Made by a program: the position numbers and the translations under genes. DNA of 54,873 nucleotides from Candidatus Parcubacteria bacterium (lineage in GTDB: Bacteria; Patescibacteriota; Patescibacteriia; Patescibacteriales; UBA12075): NCBI GenBank assembly GCA_023142915.1, contig JAGLIO010000028.1:1-54873 (forward strand), in the 5' to 3' direction. A model generated the notes under the pieces. That model was not told the DNA's origin, did not search any database, and saw only the letters and a list, made by a program, of their open reading frames with translations. Each line of letters starts with the position of its first letter. Position 1 is the first letter of the stretch. Shown here piece after piece: positions 1 through 9,489 of this stretch.

Positions 1-351
1 ATCCGCTTGTGGAGGTCAACTGCCCATTGCTATCCGCAAGCAGACAACAACGGCAGTTGTATTTTTCGAGCTATAAAAATTATGTAATTGTAGGCAGACA
101 TTAATAATCTATCATATATTCAAATAAATGACAATGAATAACACGTTTATAACAATGTTTATTAATTTTAAAAAAAATGTTATAATAATATTAATATTAA
201 TTCCTCATCCCCATGTCACTAATTAATCAAAAAATAATCGTTTTTTGTTTTATTCTATGAATACTGTAAATTTTTATTGACTTGATTTTTTTATTGACTT
301 TTTTTTATAAAATAGCTATTCTAATATTTCTACTAATATTTATTTAAAAAT

Positions 352-915
352 ATGACATTTGATACAATTTTAAAAATTTTAATGACCATAGGGATTCCAG
401 CGATTTTAAGTTGTGCAATAATAATAGGAAGAAAATTTCAATGTATTGATGCCCTAGAAAAACAAACTGAAAAAATTGAAACCAAGACAGACAAACTCAC
501 AGAAAGCATTAATTATATCAAGGGAAAAATTGAAACAAACTGGCGTGAAGAACTGGCGCCTGCTAGCTCTCCCATGAAATTAAACGAAAGAGGAGAAAAA
601 ATATTAAAAAAAAGCGGTATAAAAGAAATAATTGATACAAGATTAAGTGAATTTTTTAAAACAGTAAAAAATAAAAATCCTCGTAATGCTTACTGGGTTC
701 AAGAAAACGCAATTAGTACAATTTACAAATTACGCAAAGAATCGAAACTTCTACCGAAATTAGAGGAGTCTGCCTACGAAGCAGGAAGTGATGTTGACGC
801 TGTTTTATTTGTTGGAGGAATCTATCTACGTGACATAATTTTACCTAAATTTGAATTTAAACTTGAAGAGATTGACAAATATGACCCTAAAATAAATAAC
901 CCTCTAAAAACATAA
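352..915 (+). CDS. hypothetical membrane-anchored protein (N-terminal TM helix, coiled-coil-like segment)
   Basis: Intact 187-aa ORF. Hydrophobic N-terminus ILKILMTIGIPAILSCAIIIG. No family motif recognised. Confidence 0.5.
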   Translation: MTFDTILKILMTIGIPAILSCAIIIGRKFQCIDALEKQTEKIETKTDKLTESINYIKGKIETNWREELAPASSPMKLNERGEKILKKSGIKEIIDTRLSEFFKTVKNKNPRNAYWVQENAISTIYKLRKESKLLPKLEESAYEAGSDVDAVLFVGGIYLRDIILPKFEFKLEEIDKYDPKINNPLKT

Positions 916-1394
916 AACAACCACCCAAAATAGGTAGCTGTTTTACTATATACATTACATCATTTCTCTATAAAAGTGTTGCCCATATATCGCCCAAAAA
1001 GTGATAAAAGTTGACAGAAATGTATAATTTTGATAATTTTTGATAAGTAGTGCTTTAAACTAGAATTACATTAAAACCCCTATTTATAAGGAATTCAAAA
1101 AATCCTCTTTAAATTTTCAACTCCCGCCATCTCCACTAATTTAAAGACAAGTCTGTATGGGCTTGTTTTTGTTTTGTGTTAGCGAATAATTCGTTGTCAT
1201 AGCCGTCAATTACACTGCTAAATAATGTAAAATCAGAGTACTGATTGTTTTTAGGTATGCCCATAATCCCTCTAAATACGGAACGTTTAATACTGAGAAT
1301 CCCTGTTTCCCAATTTATATCCTGCCATTTTAGCGCGCGTAGTTCGCCAAATCTCGCTCCTGTTTTTAAGATAAAATAAATCATCTCTTGCCAA

Positions 1395-1424
1395 GTATAG
1401 TGGTAATACTTTAAATTCAACCAA
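1395..1424. repeat. left arm of a perfect 30-bp inverted repeat (partner 1639-1668)
   Basis: 1395-1424 gtatagtggtaatactttaaattcaaccaa is the exact reverse complement of 1639-1668. The arm lies inside the integrase-fragment coding sequence (encodes WLNLKYYHYT). Confidence 0.9.
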
Positions 1425-1429
1425 TTTTT

Positions 1430-1438
1430 TGGTATAAT
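1430..1438 (+). promoter_or_regulatory. extended -10 promoter element (TGgTATAAT) just inside the IR-bounded segment
   Basis: tggtataat at 1430-1438. There is no good -35. Confidence 0.35.
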
Positions 1439-1638
1439 GCAGGCATAACCAATAAAAATAATCTTGGCTTATGTCTACAAAAATAAAATTAATCAAAAAA
1501 GAAAAACAACAATTATCAAAAATTAAAAAGAAATTTAAATCAGAATTAATTCGCGACAGAGCTCACGCTGTTTAATAAAAGACTGTCCTAAATTTTTAAA
1601 GAAAACCGATTTTAGCTCAATCAAATTTGAAAAGTTAT

Positions 1639-1668
1639 TTGGTTGAATTTAAAGTATTACCACTATAC
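1639..1668. repeat. right arm of a perfect 30-bp inverted repeat (partner 1395-1424)
   Basis: Exact reverse complement of 1395-1424. Decayed similarity to the integrase fragment continues to about 1700 on the + strand (WLNLKYYHYTRQWIY*). Confidence 0.9.
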
Positions 1669-1793
1669 GCGCCAATGGATCTACTGAATCTTAATTTGCC
1701 GTATGAACAAAAAAGTGAAATTTTTCTTAGCTATAAAATATATGAAACAAGAAACACAACAATATAATTAACAAGGCAATAGCCATTTACAGA

Positions 1794-1802
1794 TGCTATA
1801 AT
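1794..1802 (+). promoter_or_regulatory. extended -10 promoter element (TGcTATAAT) upstream of the GH1 gene
   Basis: tgctataat at 1794-1802, 17 nt before the ATG at 1819. Confidence 0.35.
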
Positions 1803-1818
1803 AAAAAGTTAAAACAAT

Positions 1819-3123
1819 ATGGAAAATAATCAAAAAAAATTAAAGTTTCCCAACGGTTTTTTATGGGGAACTTCAACCAGCGCTTATCAGGTAGAGGGCG
1901 GAATTACCAATGACTGGAGCGAGTGGGAGGCGAAGCGGGTTAAAAGCAAAAAATTTAAAAATAAAAAATTAAATCCAAATGATTATATTTGCGGCAAGGC
2001 TTGCGATTCATATAATAGATATGAAGAGGATTTGGATTTGGCTAAATCGTTAAACACAAACGCGGTTCGTTTTGGAATTGAATGGGCGCGAATTGAGCCG
2101 AAAAAAGGCGTTTGGGATGTAGCTGAAATCAAACACTACGCGCAAGTTTTGGCCGCGACAAAAAAACGCGGGCTAAAAACCGTTGTAACGCTTTGGCATT
2201 GGACAAACCCAGCGTGGATTGCAAAGGCAGGCGGATGGGCGAACAAGGAAACGGTTACACGCTATTTGCGATATGTTGATTTGATAGTTAATGAACTTGG
2301 AGGCAATATTGATTATTGGGTGACGCTGAATGAGCCAATGCTTTTGGCAAATTATGGATATTTTCTTGGGTATTTTCCGCCAAACAGACATTCTTTTTTT
2401 AAATTTAAAAAAGCTACTAAAAATTTAATAAACGCGCATATCGGAGCTTACAAAAAAATCCATGAATATTTTCCCAACGCGCAAGTAAGCATAACAAATT
2501 TAAGTAACCATTTTGAGCCTAATAAAAAATGGTTTTTCCCAGATGTGATGTTAAAAAAAATTGTTGCGTATTATGGAATAAATAAATTTTTTAATGAGAT
2601 TAATAATTATATTGACTATATCGGAGTGGATTATTACAGAAGAATACATTTAACATTAATACCCCCATTTATAAAAAGAAAAAAAGAAAATATTACAGAT
2701 ATGGGCTGGGAGATTTATCCTGAAGGCATTTATCATGTATTAAAATATCTAAGCAAATTTAAGAAGCCGATTATTATTTTGGAAAACGGATTAGCAGATG
2801 CCGATGATAGCAGGCGAGCGGAGTTTATTAAAAAACATTTATATTTTGTCCATAAAGCCATAGAAGATGGGGTTGATGTACGTGGCTATTTTCACTGGTC
2901 TTTATTAGATAATTTTGAATGGGATAAAGGCTACGCGCCGAAATTTGGGTTATTCGCGGTTGATAGAAAAACATTTGAACGCAAAGCAAGACTAAGCGCG
3001 GAGGTTTATGGAGAAATTTGTAAAACAAACAGTATAAATTTTTGTACAGGAATTTCAATCCCACCGTTAAACAAAATTAATCACCATGTTAATGCCGTTT
3101 TTTATTCGTCAGATTTAAAATAG
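1819..3123 (+). CDS. glycoside hydrolase family 1 beta-glucosidase
   Basis: GH1 acid/base motif VTLNEP and nucleophile motif IIILENGLAD. N-terminal FPNGFLWGTSTSAYQVEGG. No signal peptide. Confidence 0.9.
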   Translation: MENNQKKLKFPNGFLWGTSTSAYQVEGGITNDWSEWEAKRVKSKKFKNKKLNPNDYICGKACDSYNRYEEDLDLAKSLNTNAVRFGIEWARIEPKKGVWDVAEIKHYAQVLAATKKRGLKTVVTLWHWTNPAWIAKAGGWANKETVTRYLRYVDLIVNELGGNIDYWVTLNEPMLLANYGYFLGYFPPNRHSFFKFKKATKNLINAHIGAYKKIHEYFPNAQVSITNLSNHFEPNKKWFFPDVMLKKIVAYYGINKFFNEINNYIDYIGVDYYRRIHLTLIPPFIKRKKENITDMGWEIYPEGIYHVLKYLSKFKKPIIILENGLADADDSRRAEFIKKHLYFVHKAIEDGVDVRGYFHWSLLDNFEWDKGYAPKFGLFAVDRKTFERKARLSAEVYGEICKTNSINFCTGISIPPLNKINHHVNAVFYSSDLK

Positions 3124-3146
3124 CAAAAGCAACATACAAAATTATT

Positions 3147-4769
3147 TTGCAACAAATGAAAAAAAATACACAAAAAAAGCAAGCCATAGCGGAACTTTTA
3201 GCGTCAAAAATCAACACGCGCAAAGATTTAATGAAAATGAAAAGAAAAATTGCCAAAAAATACGGAATTGGCATTTTTAGCAATTCTGAAATTTTGGTAG
3301 AGATGCATTGCAATGCGTCTCCACGTTATGCGTTTTTACGGAAAATTTTGCGCAAACGCGCGGTTCGCACAATGTCCGGCATCGCGCCGGTGGCGGTTCT
3401 GACAAAACCCTACCACTGCCCGGGCAAATGCGCTTATTGCCCGACTGAAAAAAATGTGCCGCAAAGTTATTTATCTAACGAGCCGGCGGTAATGCGCGCG
3501 ATTCGCTGTAATTATAATCCTTATGTTCAGGCGCAAGATCGCTTGCGCGCCTTGGTTGCAAACGGGCATGAGCCGACAAAAATAGAATTAATCGTTATCG
3601 GCGGAACATGGTCTTATTTGCCGAAAAAATATAAATATTGGTATGTGTTGAATTTATTTGCCGGAGCCAATGGATTTAAAAAAATCAATAATCAATATCC
3701 AATAAATCTATCTATAAAAAAATTAAAAGAATTATTAATAATTGAGCAGAAACGAAATGAAAAAACAAAATATAAAATTATCGGTTTGACCTTGGAGACG
3801 CGGCCGGATTATATTAATGAAAAGGAATTATTGGAAATGCGCGAGTTTGGCTGCACGCGCGTTGAGATCGGGGTTCAGTGTTTGGATGATGAGATTTTAA
3901 AATTAAATAAGCGGGGGCACGGCGTTGCGGAAATTGCAAAAGCGACCGCTTTGCTTAAACAATTCGGCTTTAAAGTAACATATCATCTTATGCCGGGACT
4001 GCCTGGCGCAACGCCTGCCAAGGATTTTAAAATGTTTAAAACTTTATTTTCCGATAAACGTTTTCAGCCGGATCAGATTAAATTTTATCCGACTGTCGTA
4101 ACTCGCGGAAGTTTGCTTTATCGCTGGTGGAAGCAGGGAAAATACAAGCCGTATTCTGATAAAATTTTGCGGAATTTGATTATTAAATGCAAAAACATTG
4201 TTCCTGAGTATGTTCGCATCATCCGTTTAATTCGCGATATTCCGGGCGAGTCAATTATTGCAGGCAATTTAATAACAAATTTACGGCAAGTTATGAAGGA
4301 CGAGGGGGCAAGGTGCCGGTGTATTCGGTGTCGAGAAGCGCGCGAACGCGTTTCAATAACAAATTGCCGATTACACATTACGAATTATTTCGCATCTGGC
4401 GGAGAGGAATACTTTATTGCCTTTGAATCAAAAGACGGAAAAATACTTTATGGCTTTTGCCGTTTGCGCTTGCCTGTTTGCAATGCGCTAGACAAAAGGA
4501 AGCTTGGCTTCAGTGTTATTCAGGAAGCGGCGCTTATTCGCGAGCTCCATGTTTATGGAGAGCTGGTTTCGGTTGCTAAAAATAAAAAGAAGAATAAAAT
4601 CCAGCACTCGGGGCTGGGCAAGAAATTATTGGTTGAGGCGGAAAAAATAGCTTTTAAAAATAGTTATAAAAAAATCGTTGTTATCTCAGGGGTCGGCGTT
4701 CGCGATTATTATCGAAAGTTTGGTTATCGTTTGAATGGGACTTACATGGTAAAGGCGATTAAGGCTTGA
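3147..4769 (+). CDS. elp3: Elp3-like radical SAM / GNAT acetyltransferase (tRNA wobble-uridine modification family)
   Basis: Radical SAM cluster motif HCPGKCAYCP. TIM-barrel core LTLETRPDY...CTRVEIGVQ. C-terminal GNAT motif QHSGLGKKLLVEAEKIA. 540 aa, the typical Elp3 size. Confidence 0.85.
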   Translation: MQQMKKNTQKKQAIAELLASKINTRKDLMKMKRKIAKKYGIGIFSNSEILVEMHCNASPRYAFLRKILRKRAVRTMSGIAPVAVLTKPYHCPGKCAYCPTEKNVPQSYLSNEPAVMRAIRCNYNPYVQAQDRLRALVANGHEPTKIELIVIGGTWSYLPKKYKYWYVLNLFAGANGFKKINNQYPINLSIKKLKELLIIEQKRNEKTKYKIIGLTLETRPDYINEKELLEMREFGCTRVEIGVQCLDDEILKLNKRGHGVAEIAKATALLKQFGFKVTYHLMPGLPGATPAKDFKMFKTLFSDKRFQPDQIKFYPTVVTRGSLLYRWWKQGKYKPYSDKILRNLIIKCKNIVPEYVRIIRLIRDIPGESIIAGNLITNLRQVMKDEGARCRCIRCREARERVSITNCRLHITNYFASGGEEYFIAFESKDGKILYGFCRLRLPVCNALDKRKLGFSVIQEAALIRELHVYGELVSVAKNKKKNKIQHSGLGKKLLVEAEKIAFKNSYKKIVVISGVGVRDYYRKFGYRLNGTYMVKAIKA

Positions 4770-4846
4770 GAATTTAATTTAATTTTATATTTTTGCAAAT
4801 ACGCAGAATAACTGTTAATCATTTTATTTTTCATCAAACAACTATT

Positions 4847-5977
4847 ATGAATAAAAAATACAAACTATCAGATTTTGATTATAATTTGCCAAAAGAATTA
4901 ATTGCTCAAAAACCGGCAACACCGCGAGATTATTCGTGGCTGCTTTTGTTAAAAAAAACAAGCGGCGAAATTATTCATAAGCGTTTTTATAATATAATTG
5001 ATTATTTTAAAAAAGGCGATGTTTTAGTGATGAATAATTCCAAAGTAATGCCTGCGCGCCTAATTGGAAAAAAAGAAACAGGAGGAAAAATGGAAGTTTT
5101 TTTGCATAAATTTGTTAAAAAAAATAATTGGCAGTGTTTAGTTGGCGGACGGGGAGCGCGGCAGGATTTAAAAATATTTTTTAGTGAAAATTTAGAATGT
5201 AAAATTTTGAAAAATAATAATGACGGTACTTGGGAGATAGAGTTTAATATGGAGTATGGCGAGATGATGAAAGTTGTAGAAAAAATCGGGCAAGTGCCGT
5301 TGCCGCCATATATAGATCGGAAATCGGATGTCGTAAATCTGATTTCGGATAAAGATGATTATCAAACTGTTTACGCGGATGATTCTAAGCTGGGGTCGGT
5401 GGCGGCGCCGACTGCCGGTTTGCATTTTACGCCGGAGTTATTGCGGAAATTGAAAAATAAGGGCGTGCAGATTGAATACGTAACTTTACATGTCGGGCTT
5501 GGAACTTTTGCGCCGGTTAAAATTGATGACGTTACTAAGCATAAAATGCACGCGGAGTTTGTTGAAATAAATGGCGAGGTTTTACAAAGAATTATTTTGG
5601 CAAAAGAAGAAGGAAGGCGGGTAATCGGCGTAGGAACAACATCGGTTAGAAGTTTGGAGGCGGTTTTTTCTTGTGCCGTGTATAAAAGATTTCTCACCTT
5701 CGCTGACGCTCCGGTTCGAAATGACAAAAAAGAGAAGACACTAGAGCAAAAATTATTAATGAAAGATTACCATGATTGGGTGGATATTTTTATTTATCCC
5801 GGCTATAAATTTAAAATCATTGACGCTATGATTACGAATTTTCATTTGCCAAAATCAACTTTATTAATGCTTGTGTCCGCTTTGGCAGGGAAAGAAAATA
5901 TTGACAAAGCTTACGAAAGCGCCATAAAAAATAAATACCGGTTTTACAGCTATGGCGACGCCATGTTTATTATTTGA
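4847..5977 (+). CDS. queA: S-adenosylmethionine:tRNA ribosyltransferase-isomerase
   Basis: LSDFDYNLPKELIAQKP, AAPTAGLHFT, GVGTTSVRSLE and RFYSYGDAMFI. Start placed at ATG 4847 rather than the TTG at 4793 in the ORF track. Confidence 0.9.
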   Translation: MNKKYKLSDFDYNLPKELIAQKPATPRDYSWLLLLKKTSGEIIHKRFYNIIDYFKKGDVLVMNNSKVMPARLIGKKETGGKMEVFLHKFVKKNNWQCLVGGRGARQDLKIFFSENLECKILKNNNDGTWEIEFNMEYGEMMKVVEKIGQVPLPPYIDRKSDVVNLISDKDDYQTVYADDSKLGSVAAPTAGLHFTPELLRKLKNKGVQIEYVTLHVGLGTFAPVKIDDVTKHKMHAEFVEINGEVLQRIILAKEEGRRVIGVGTTSVRSLEAVFSCAVYKRFLTFADAPVRNDKKEKTLEQKLLMKDYHDWVDIFIYPGYKFKIIDAMITNFHLPKSTLLMLVSALAGKENIDKAYESAIKNKYRFYSYGDAMFII

Positions 5978-6164
5978 TTTATTATCTATTTCCATTTTAG
6001 CCAGCTTGAATATTATCCAAATTTTAGCTATTATATCGATAAGTTTAATACTAACAATAATATCAAATCAGATTAGTTGGAAAATGGGGATTAGGAAAGA
6101 AAGGTGGTAGTGGGGTTAAAAATTTAATCCAAATATTTATTTAATATTAGCAGTTTTTAAAACA

Positions 6165-6797
6165 ATGAAAGAAATAATCAACAATAAAATATCAGCGGAA
6201 AATATTTGTCCAATAGATAAAATTGAAGAATTTGAAAAGATTAAAAATCCTGAAGAATTATTGTCTTTTATGAAAGACAATATAACTTATGGTTTTGTTG
6301 GCAAAGATAACGAAAAAATATATTCTCCAAAGCAGAAACGCTGGGGCGTAGGAGAGCAGCCGGAACAAAAACTGCAAAGCCCCGAAGAAATTTTGAAAAG
6401 CGGGCATGGGACTTGTTGGGAGCAGACGGAATTTGAAAAGCAATGGTTTGCGAAAAATAATTTTGAATTTAAAACATTTCTTTTAATGTTTAAGGAAGAT
6501 ATTAGCCAAAAAAATCCAGCGCACACTTTTTTAGTTTATAAAAAAGATGACGATTGGTATTGGTTTGAAAACGCCCTTGATAAACACAATGGAATCCATA
6601 AATTTGATAATTTAGATGATTTGATTGAAAATGTAAAAGTAAAACTCATAAATAATGCCATCAATTACGGAGCAACAAAGGACGATATTAAGAAATACAA
6701 ATTATGCGAATATGATACGCCGGCATACGGTTGTAGCACGGATGAATTTATTTCAAATATTATTGACAATAATCCACCGCTTATTTCAGAAAAATAA
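6165..6797 (+). CDS. hypothetical protein with a possible transglutaminase/papain-like Cys-His core
   Basis: Intact 210-aa ORF. GHGTCWEQ is followed 38 residues later by AHTFLVY, then WYWFENALD. The spacing resembles a transglutaminase-like C/H/D core (weak). Confidence 0.55.
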   Translation: MKEIINNKISAENICPIDKIEEFEKIKNPEELLSFMKDNITYGFVGKDNEKIYSPKQKRWGVGEQPEQKLQSPEEILKSGHGTCWEQTEFEKQWFAKNNFEFKTFLLMFKEDISQKNPAHTFLVYKKDDDWYWFENALDKHNGIHKFDNLDDLIENVKVKLINNAINYGATKDDIKKYKLCEYDTPAYGCSTDEFISNIIDNNPPLISEK

Positions 6798-6807
6798 TAT
6801 TTGAAAT

Positions 6808-6837
6808 TTGACTTTTTTCATAAATTCAGGCTATACT
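6808..6837 (+). promoter_or_regulatory. sigma70-like promoter for rpmF (TTGACT-N18-TATACT)
   Basis: ttgact at 6808-6813 and tatact at 6832-6837. Confidence 0.5.
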
Positions 6838-6874
6838 AAAGTCAGTAAATTAAAAATAATCAAAAATAACCATT

Positions 6875-7072
6875 ATGTCAGTACCAAAAAAGAGAAGAAC
6901 CTCAAGTTCGGCTGGAAGACGGCGTTCCCACCATGCCTTAGGCGAGGTTAGTTTAATTGAATGTCCGGAATGTAAAAACGCGCTTGTGCCGCATCAGGCA
7001 TGCGCTATTTGTGGATATTATAAAGGGAAAGAAATTATTAAAATAAAAGAAAAAAAAGCAAAGAGCAAATAA
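6875..7072 (+). CDS. rpmF: 50S ribosomal protein L32
   Basis: MSVPKKRRTSSSAGRRRSHHAL plus the zinc ribbon CPEC...CAICG. Confidence 0.9.
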   Translation: MSVPKKRRTSSSAGRRRSHHALGEVSLIECPECKNALVPHQACAICGYYKGKEIIKIKEKKAKSK

Positions 7073-7090
7073 CGCGCTCTTTGTTTTTTT
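7059..7090 (+). terminator. rho-independent terminator overlapping the rpmF stop
   Basis: 8-bp stem caaagagc (7059-7066) / gctctttg (7076-7083), followed by T7 (7084-7090). Confidence 0.6.
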
Positions 7091-7171
7091 GTAATTTTAT
7101 AATCTATTTGTAGCATCCGGATATTATTTTTTGTAGTATTTGGATATATTTGTAGATTCGCATTATTATTT

Positions 7172-7603
7172 ATGTCTAATCGCCATTTAGCCAGAACAAT
7201 AGCCATGCAAACGCTTTTTCTTTGGGATTTTAACGGGAAAAACGGTGTTGACGTTAATAAAATTACCAAAGAAGTATTTGCTAATTTTGCGCCTGAATTT
7301 AATGATCACGGGTTTGTTGAAAACGCCATCAAAGGAACTTTTAGGCATTTAAAAGAAATTAATACTTATATCACGAAATACGCGACTGAATGGCCATTGG
7401 AACAAATCACGATTGTTGACAGGAATATTTTAAGAATCGGTGTTTATGAATTGATTTTTAATGATGATATTCCGTCGCGCGTCGCGATTAACGAGGCAAT
7501 TGAAATAGCCAAAACTTTTGGTTCGGAAGCTTCAGGTAAATTTATAAACGGTGTTTTAGGGGCGATTTATAAGGATATGGACAGTAAAAATAAAAAAGAA
7601 TAA
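7172..7603 (+). CDS. nusB: transcription antitermination factor NusB
   Basis: [25 protein letters not shown] and [14 protein letters not shown]; 143 aa. Confidence 0.85.
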   Translation: MSNRHLARTIAMQTLFLWDFNGKNGVDVNKITKEVFANFAPEFNDHGFVENAIKGTFRHLKEINTYITKYATEWPLEQITIVDRNILRIGVYELIFNDDIPSRVAINEAIEIAKTFGSEASGKFINGVLGAIYKDMDSKNKKE

Positions 7604-7685
7604 ATTTAACAATTAATTATTGTTATATTATTATGTCGCTATATTATTTTAATTTAGCGATTTAATAGTTTGACAATTTAAAAAA

Positions 7686-8378
7686 ATGAAAGATTTTTCC
7701 AAGTTAGAGGAAATTATCAAGATTAAATTTAAAAATCTTGATTATCTCAGGCAGTCTGTTGTTCACAGGTCTTATATTAATGAACATTCAAGTTTTGAGC
7801 TTGGACATAATGAACGTTTGGAATTTTTAGGCGATGCCGTCCTGGAAATTATCGTTACCGAGCATTTGTTTAAAAATTTCCCGGATACGCCGGAAGGAGA
7901 GCTTACTAATTGGCGGGCGAGTTTGGTTAATTCAAAAATGCTGGCTTTGGTTGCCAATGAAATTAAATTGGAAAAGTTTTTGTATTTGTCAAAAGGAGAA
8001 TCAAAAGACAAGGATTCAAAAGCGCGCCAATATATTGTGGCAAACGCCGTGGAAGCGGTTATAGGCGCGATTTATTTGGATCAGGGCGTAAGAGCAGCTA
8101 CGAAGTTTGTGAAAAAATATATGCTTTCCAAGCTTGAAAATATTTTATCAAATCAATTGTTTTTGGATCCAAAATCAAAATTTCAGGAAAAAGCGCAGGA
8201 GATTCACAAAACCACCCCGCATTATAAAGTATTAAACGAAAGCGGACCCGATCATGACAAAATTTTTGAAGTCGGATTATATTTGGGAGATAAAATTATA
8301 AGCAAAGGCAAGGGCTCATCCAAACAAGAAGCCCAAGTTGACGCGGCAGGTAAAGGGATTAAGAAGAAGAAGTGGTAA
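7686..8378 (+). CDS. rnc: ribonuclease III
   Basis: RNase III signature NERLEFLGDAVLE and ANAVEAVIGAIYLD. C-terminal dsRBD (GPDHDKIFEV...GSSKQEAQ). Confidence 0.9.
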   Translation: MKDFSKLEEIIKIKFKNLDYLRQSVVHRSYINEHSSFELGHNERLEFLGDAVLEIIVTEHLFKNFPDTPEGELTNWRASLVNSKMLALVANEIKLEKFLYLSKGESKDKDSKARQYIVANAVEAVIGAIYLDQGVRAATKFVKKYMLSKLENILSNQLFLDPKSKFQEKAQEIHKTTPHYKVLNESGPDHDKIFEVGLYLGDKIISKGKGSSKQEAQVDAAGKGIKKKKW

Positions 8379-8412
8379 GTCAGCTTTAAATTTATTAATT
8401 TTGGAATATTGA

Positions 8413-9489
8413 TTATTTTTCGTTTCCAGATTCTACGTTTACGTTTCCTGTTTTTAAAATAGCAGAAGGAAAATGCACAACCCTTTGCGGGAACGGAATT
8501 TCAATGTTATTTTCTTTAAATTGTTTATGAATTTCTTTAATTAAAGCATGCTGTACTCGCCCTTCATCGCGCACTTTGTCAATTTTTACAATTACGATAA
8601 ATTCAATCGCCGAGTCAGCAAAGCCTTTGAATCGCACAATCGGGTTATTGTCAATTTCTTTGATATTTTCATCTTTGATAATTTTTTCAGCAGCTTGCAA
8701 AGCCACATACTCCGCTTTTTCCAAATCCGTATCGTAAGAAATTCCAACTCTAATGGAAGTGAAAAAAGAAGAAACAGGATAGTCGTAGCTGGAAATTTTT
8801 TGGCCCACAAAAACCGAATTAGGCACAATAACCGTATTGTTGCCGATTGTCCGAATACGAACCGAGCGCCATGAAATATCCTCAATATACGCTTTGGTGC
8901 CGTCCTCAAGCTGAATCCAGTCCCCGATATTTATTGACTTATCCATTACCAAAAAAAGAGCGGCAAACAAATTTTCCATAGTGCTTTTAAGCCCGAAAGC
9001 CACTGCCAAGCCGACAATTCCCAAAGCTCCGAGAATCGGCGCAATCTGAATTTCCATCTGAGAAAAAACAGTTAGTAAAACAATCACATAAACTATTATA
9101 GAAATCATCTTCCGCGCAAACACAAACATAGTCTGTGAAATTTTAACGTCATCCCGCTTGCCATACCAGATAAAAACCGTTTTTAAGACCCTGCTGATGG
9201 TAAAACCGGCCAAAAACGCTATCAAAACAAACATAATATCCCCGACTCCAAAATCTCTGTTCTTAATCGTCCAGCTTAAATCCAAATTTCGCGCGGCATA
9301 AAAAAGCCCGAGCATCATAGCCAAATACCTAATTGGCAATTTAACTGATTCAATAATTCTGTCATCCAAATCAATATTGGTTTTCGCGGTTGCTTTTTCA
9401 ATCAATTTTAATAAAAATGTCACAACATAAGACCCGAGCAAAAATAAAATAATAATCGCAAGGGAATTTATTATTTGGTTTTCAAACAT
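8413..9489 (-). CDS. mechanosensitive ion channel (MscS family)
   Basis: TM helices followed by IGDWIQLEDGTKAYIEDISWRSVRIRTIGNNTVIVPNS. Start placed at the internal ATG 9489 (MFENQII...); the ORF track starts at 9525. Confidence 0.8.
   Translation of the reverse strand: MFENQIINSLAIIILFLLGSYVVTFLLKLIEKATAKTNIDLDDRIIESVKLPIRYLAMMLGLFYAARNLDLSWTIKNRDFGVGDIMFVLIAFLAGFTISRVLKTVFIWYGKRDDVKISQTMFVFARKMISIIVYVIVLLTVFSQMEIQIAPILGALGIVGLAVAFGLKSTMENLFAALFLVMDKSINIGDWIQLEDGTKAYIEDISWRSVRIRTIGNNTVIVPNSVFVGQKISSYDYPVSSFFTSIRVGISYDTDLEKAEYVALQAAEKIIKDENIKEIDNNPIVRFKGFADSAIEFIVIVKIDKVRDEGRVQHALIKEIHKQFKENNIEIPFPQRVVHFPSAILKTGNVNVESGNEK

Larger units (their letters stand above)
1136..1468 (-). pseudogene. 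tyrosine recombinase (phage integrase family) fragment, truncated at both ends
   Basis: The translation FILKTGARFGELRALKWQDINWETGILSIKRS matches the box I Arg region of tyrosine recombinases. The downstream H-x-x-R / Tyr catalytic region and the N-terminal SAM-like domain are absent. The frame is closed by a stop at 1469-1471, and the first in-frame start is TTG. Confidence 0.5.

Noticed and set aside
1-66. A GC-richer stem-loop at the window edge (caactgcc 17-24 / ggcagttg 52-59, followed by tattttt). It could be a terminator or the 3' end of a structured RNA gene.
   Set aside because: The 27-nt loop is long for a terminator, and the upstream part is cut off by the window. I could not match it to any RNA family by eye.
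1472-1576. A 34-codon ORF (MSTKIKLIKKEKQQLSKIKKKFKSELIRDRAHAV) inside the IR-bounded segment. It is reminiscent of the HTH N-terminus of IS630-type transposases.
   Set aside because: It is too short and low-complexity to assign. At most it is a remnant. It is mentioned only as context for the inverted-repeat finding.
4793-4846. N-terminal extensions in the ORF track (queA from TTG 4793; membrane protein from 16523; riboswitch-controlled gene from TTG 50366; ybeY from 54263; mscS from 9525).
   Set aside because: Downstream ATGs give family-typical N-termini or signal peptides. In two cases the extensions would overlap the upstream gene or the riboswitch.
7107-7155. Three TTTGTAG direct repeats (7107, 7130, 7149), two of them preceded by GGATAT, upstream of nusB.
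   Set aside because: The motifs are short and AT-rich with irregular spacing (23 and 19 nt). Chance occurrence cannot be excluded without conservation data.
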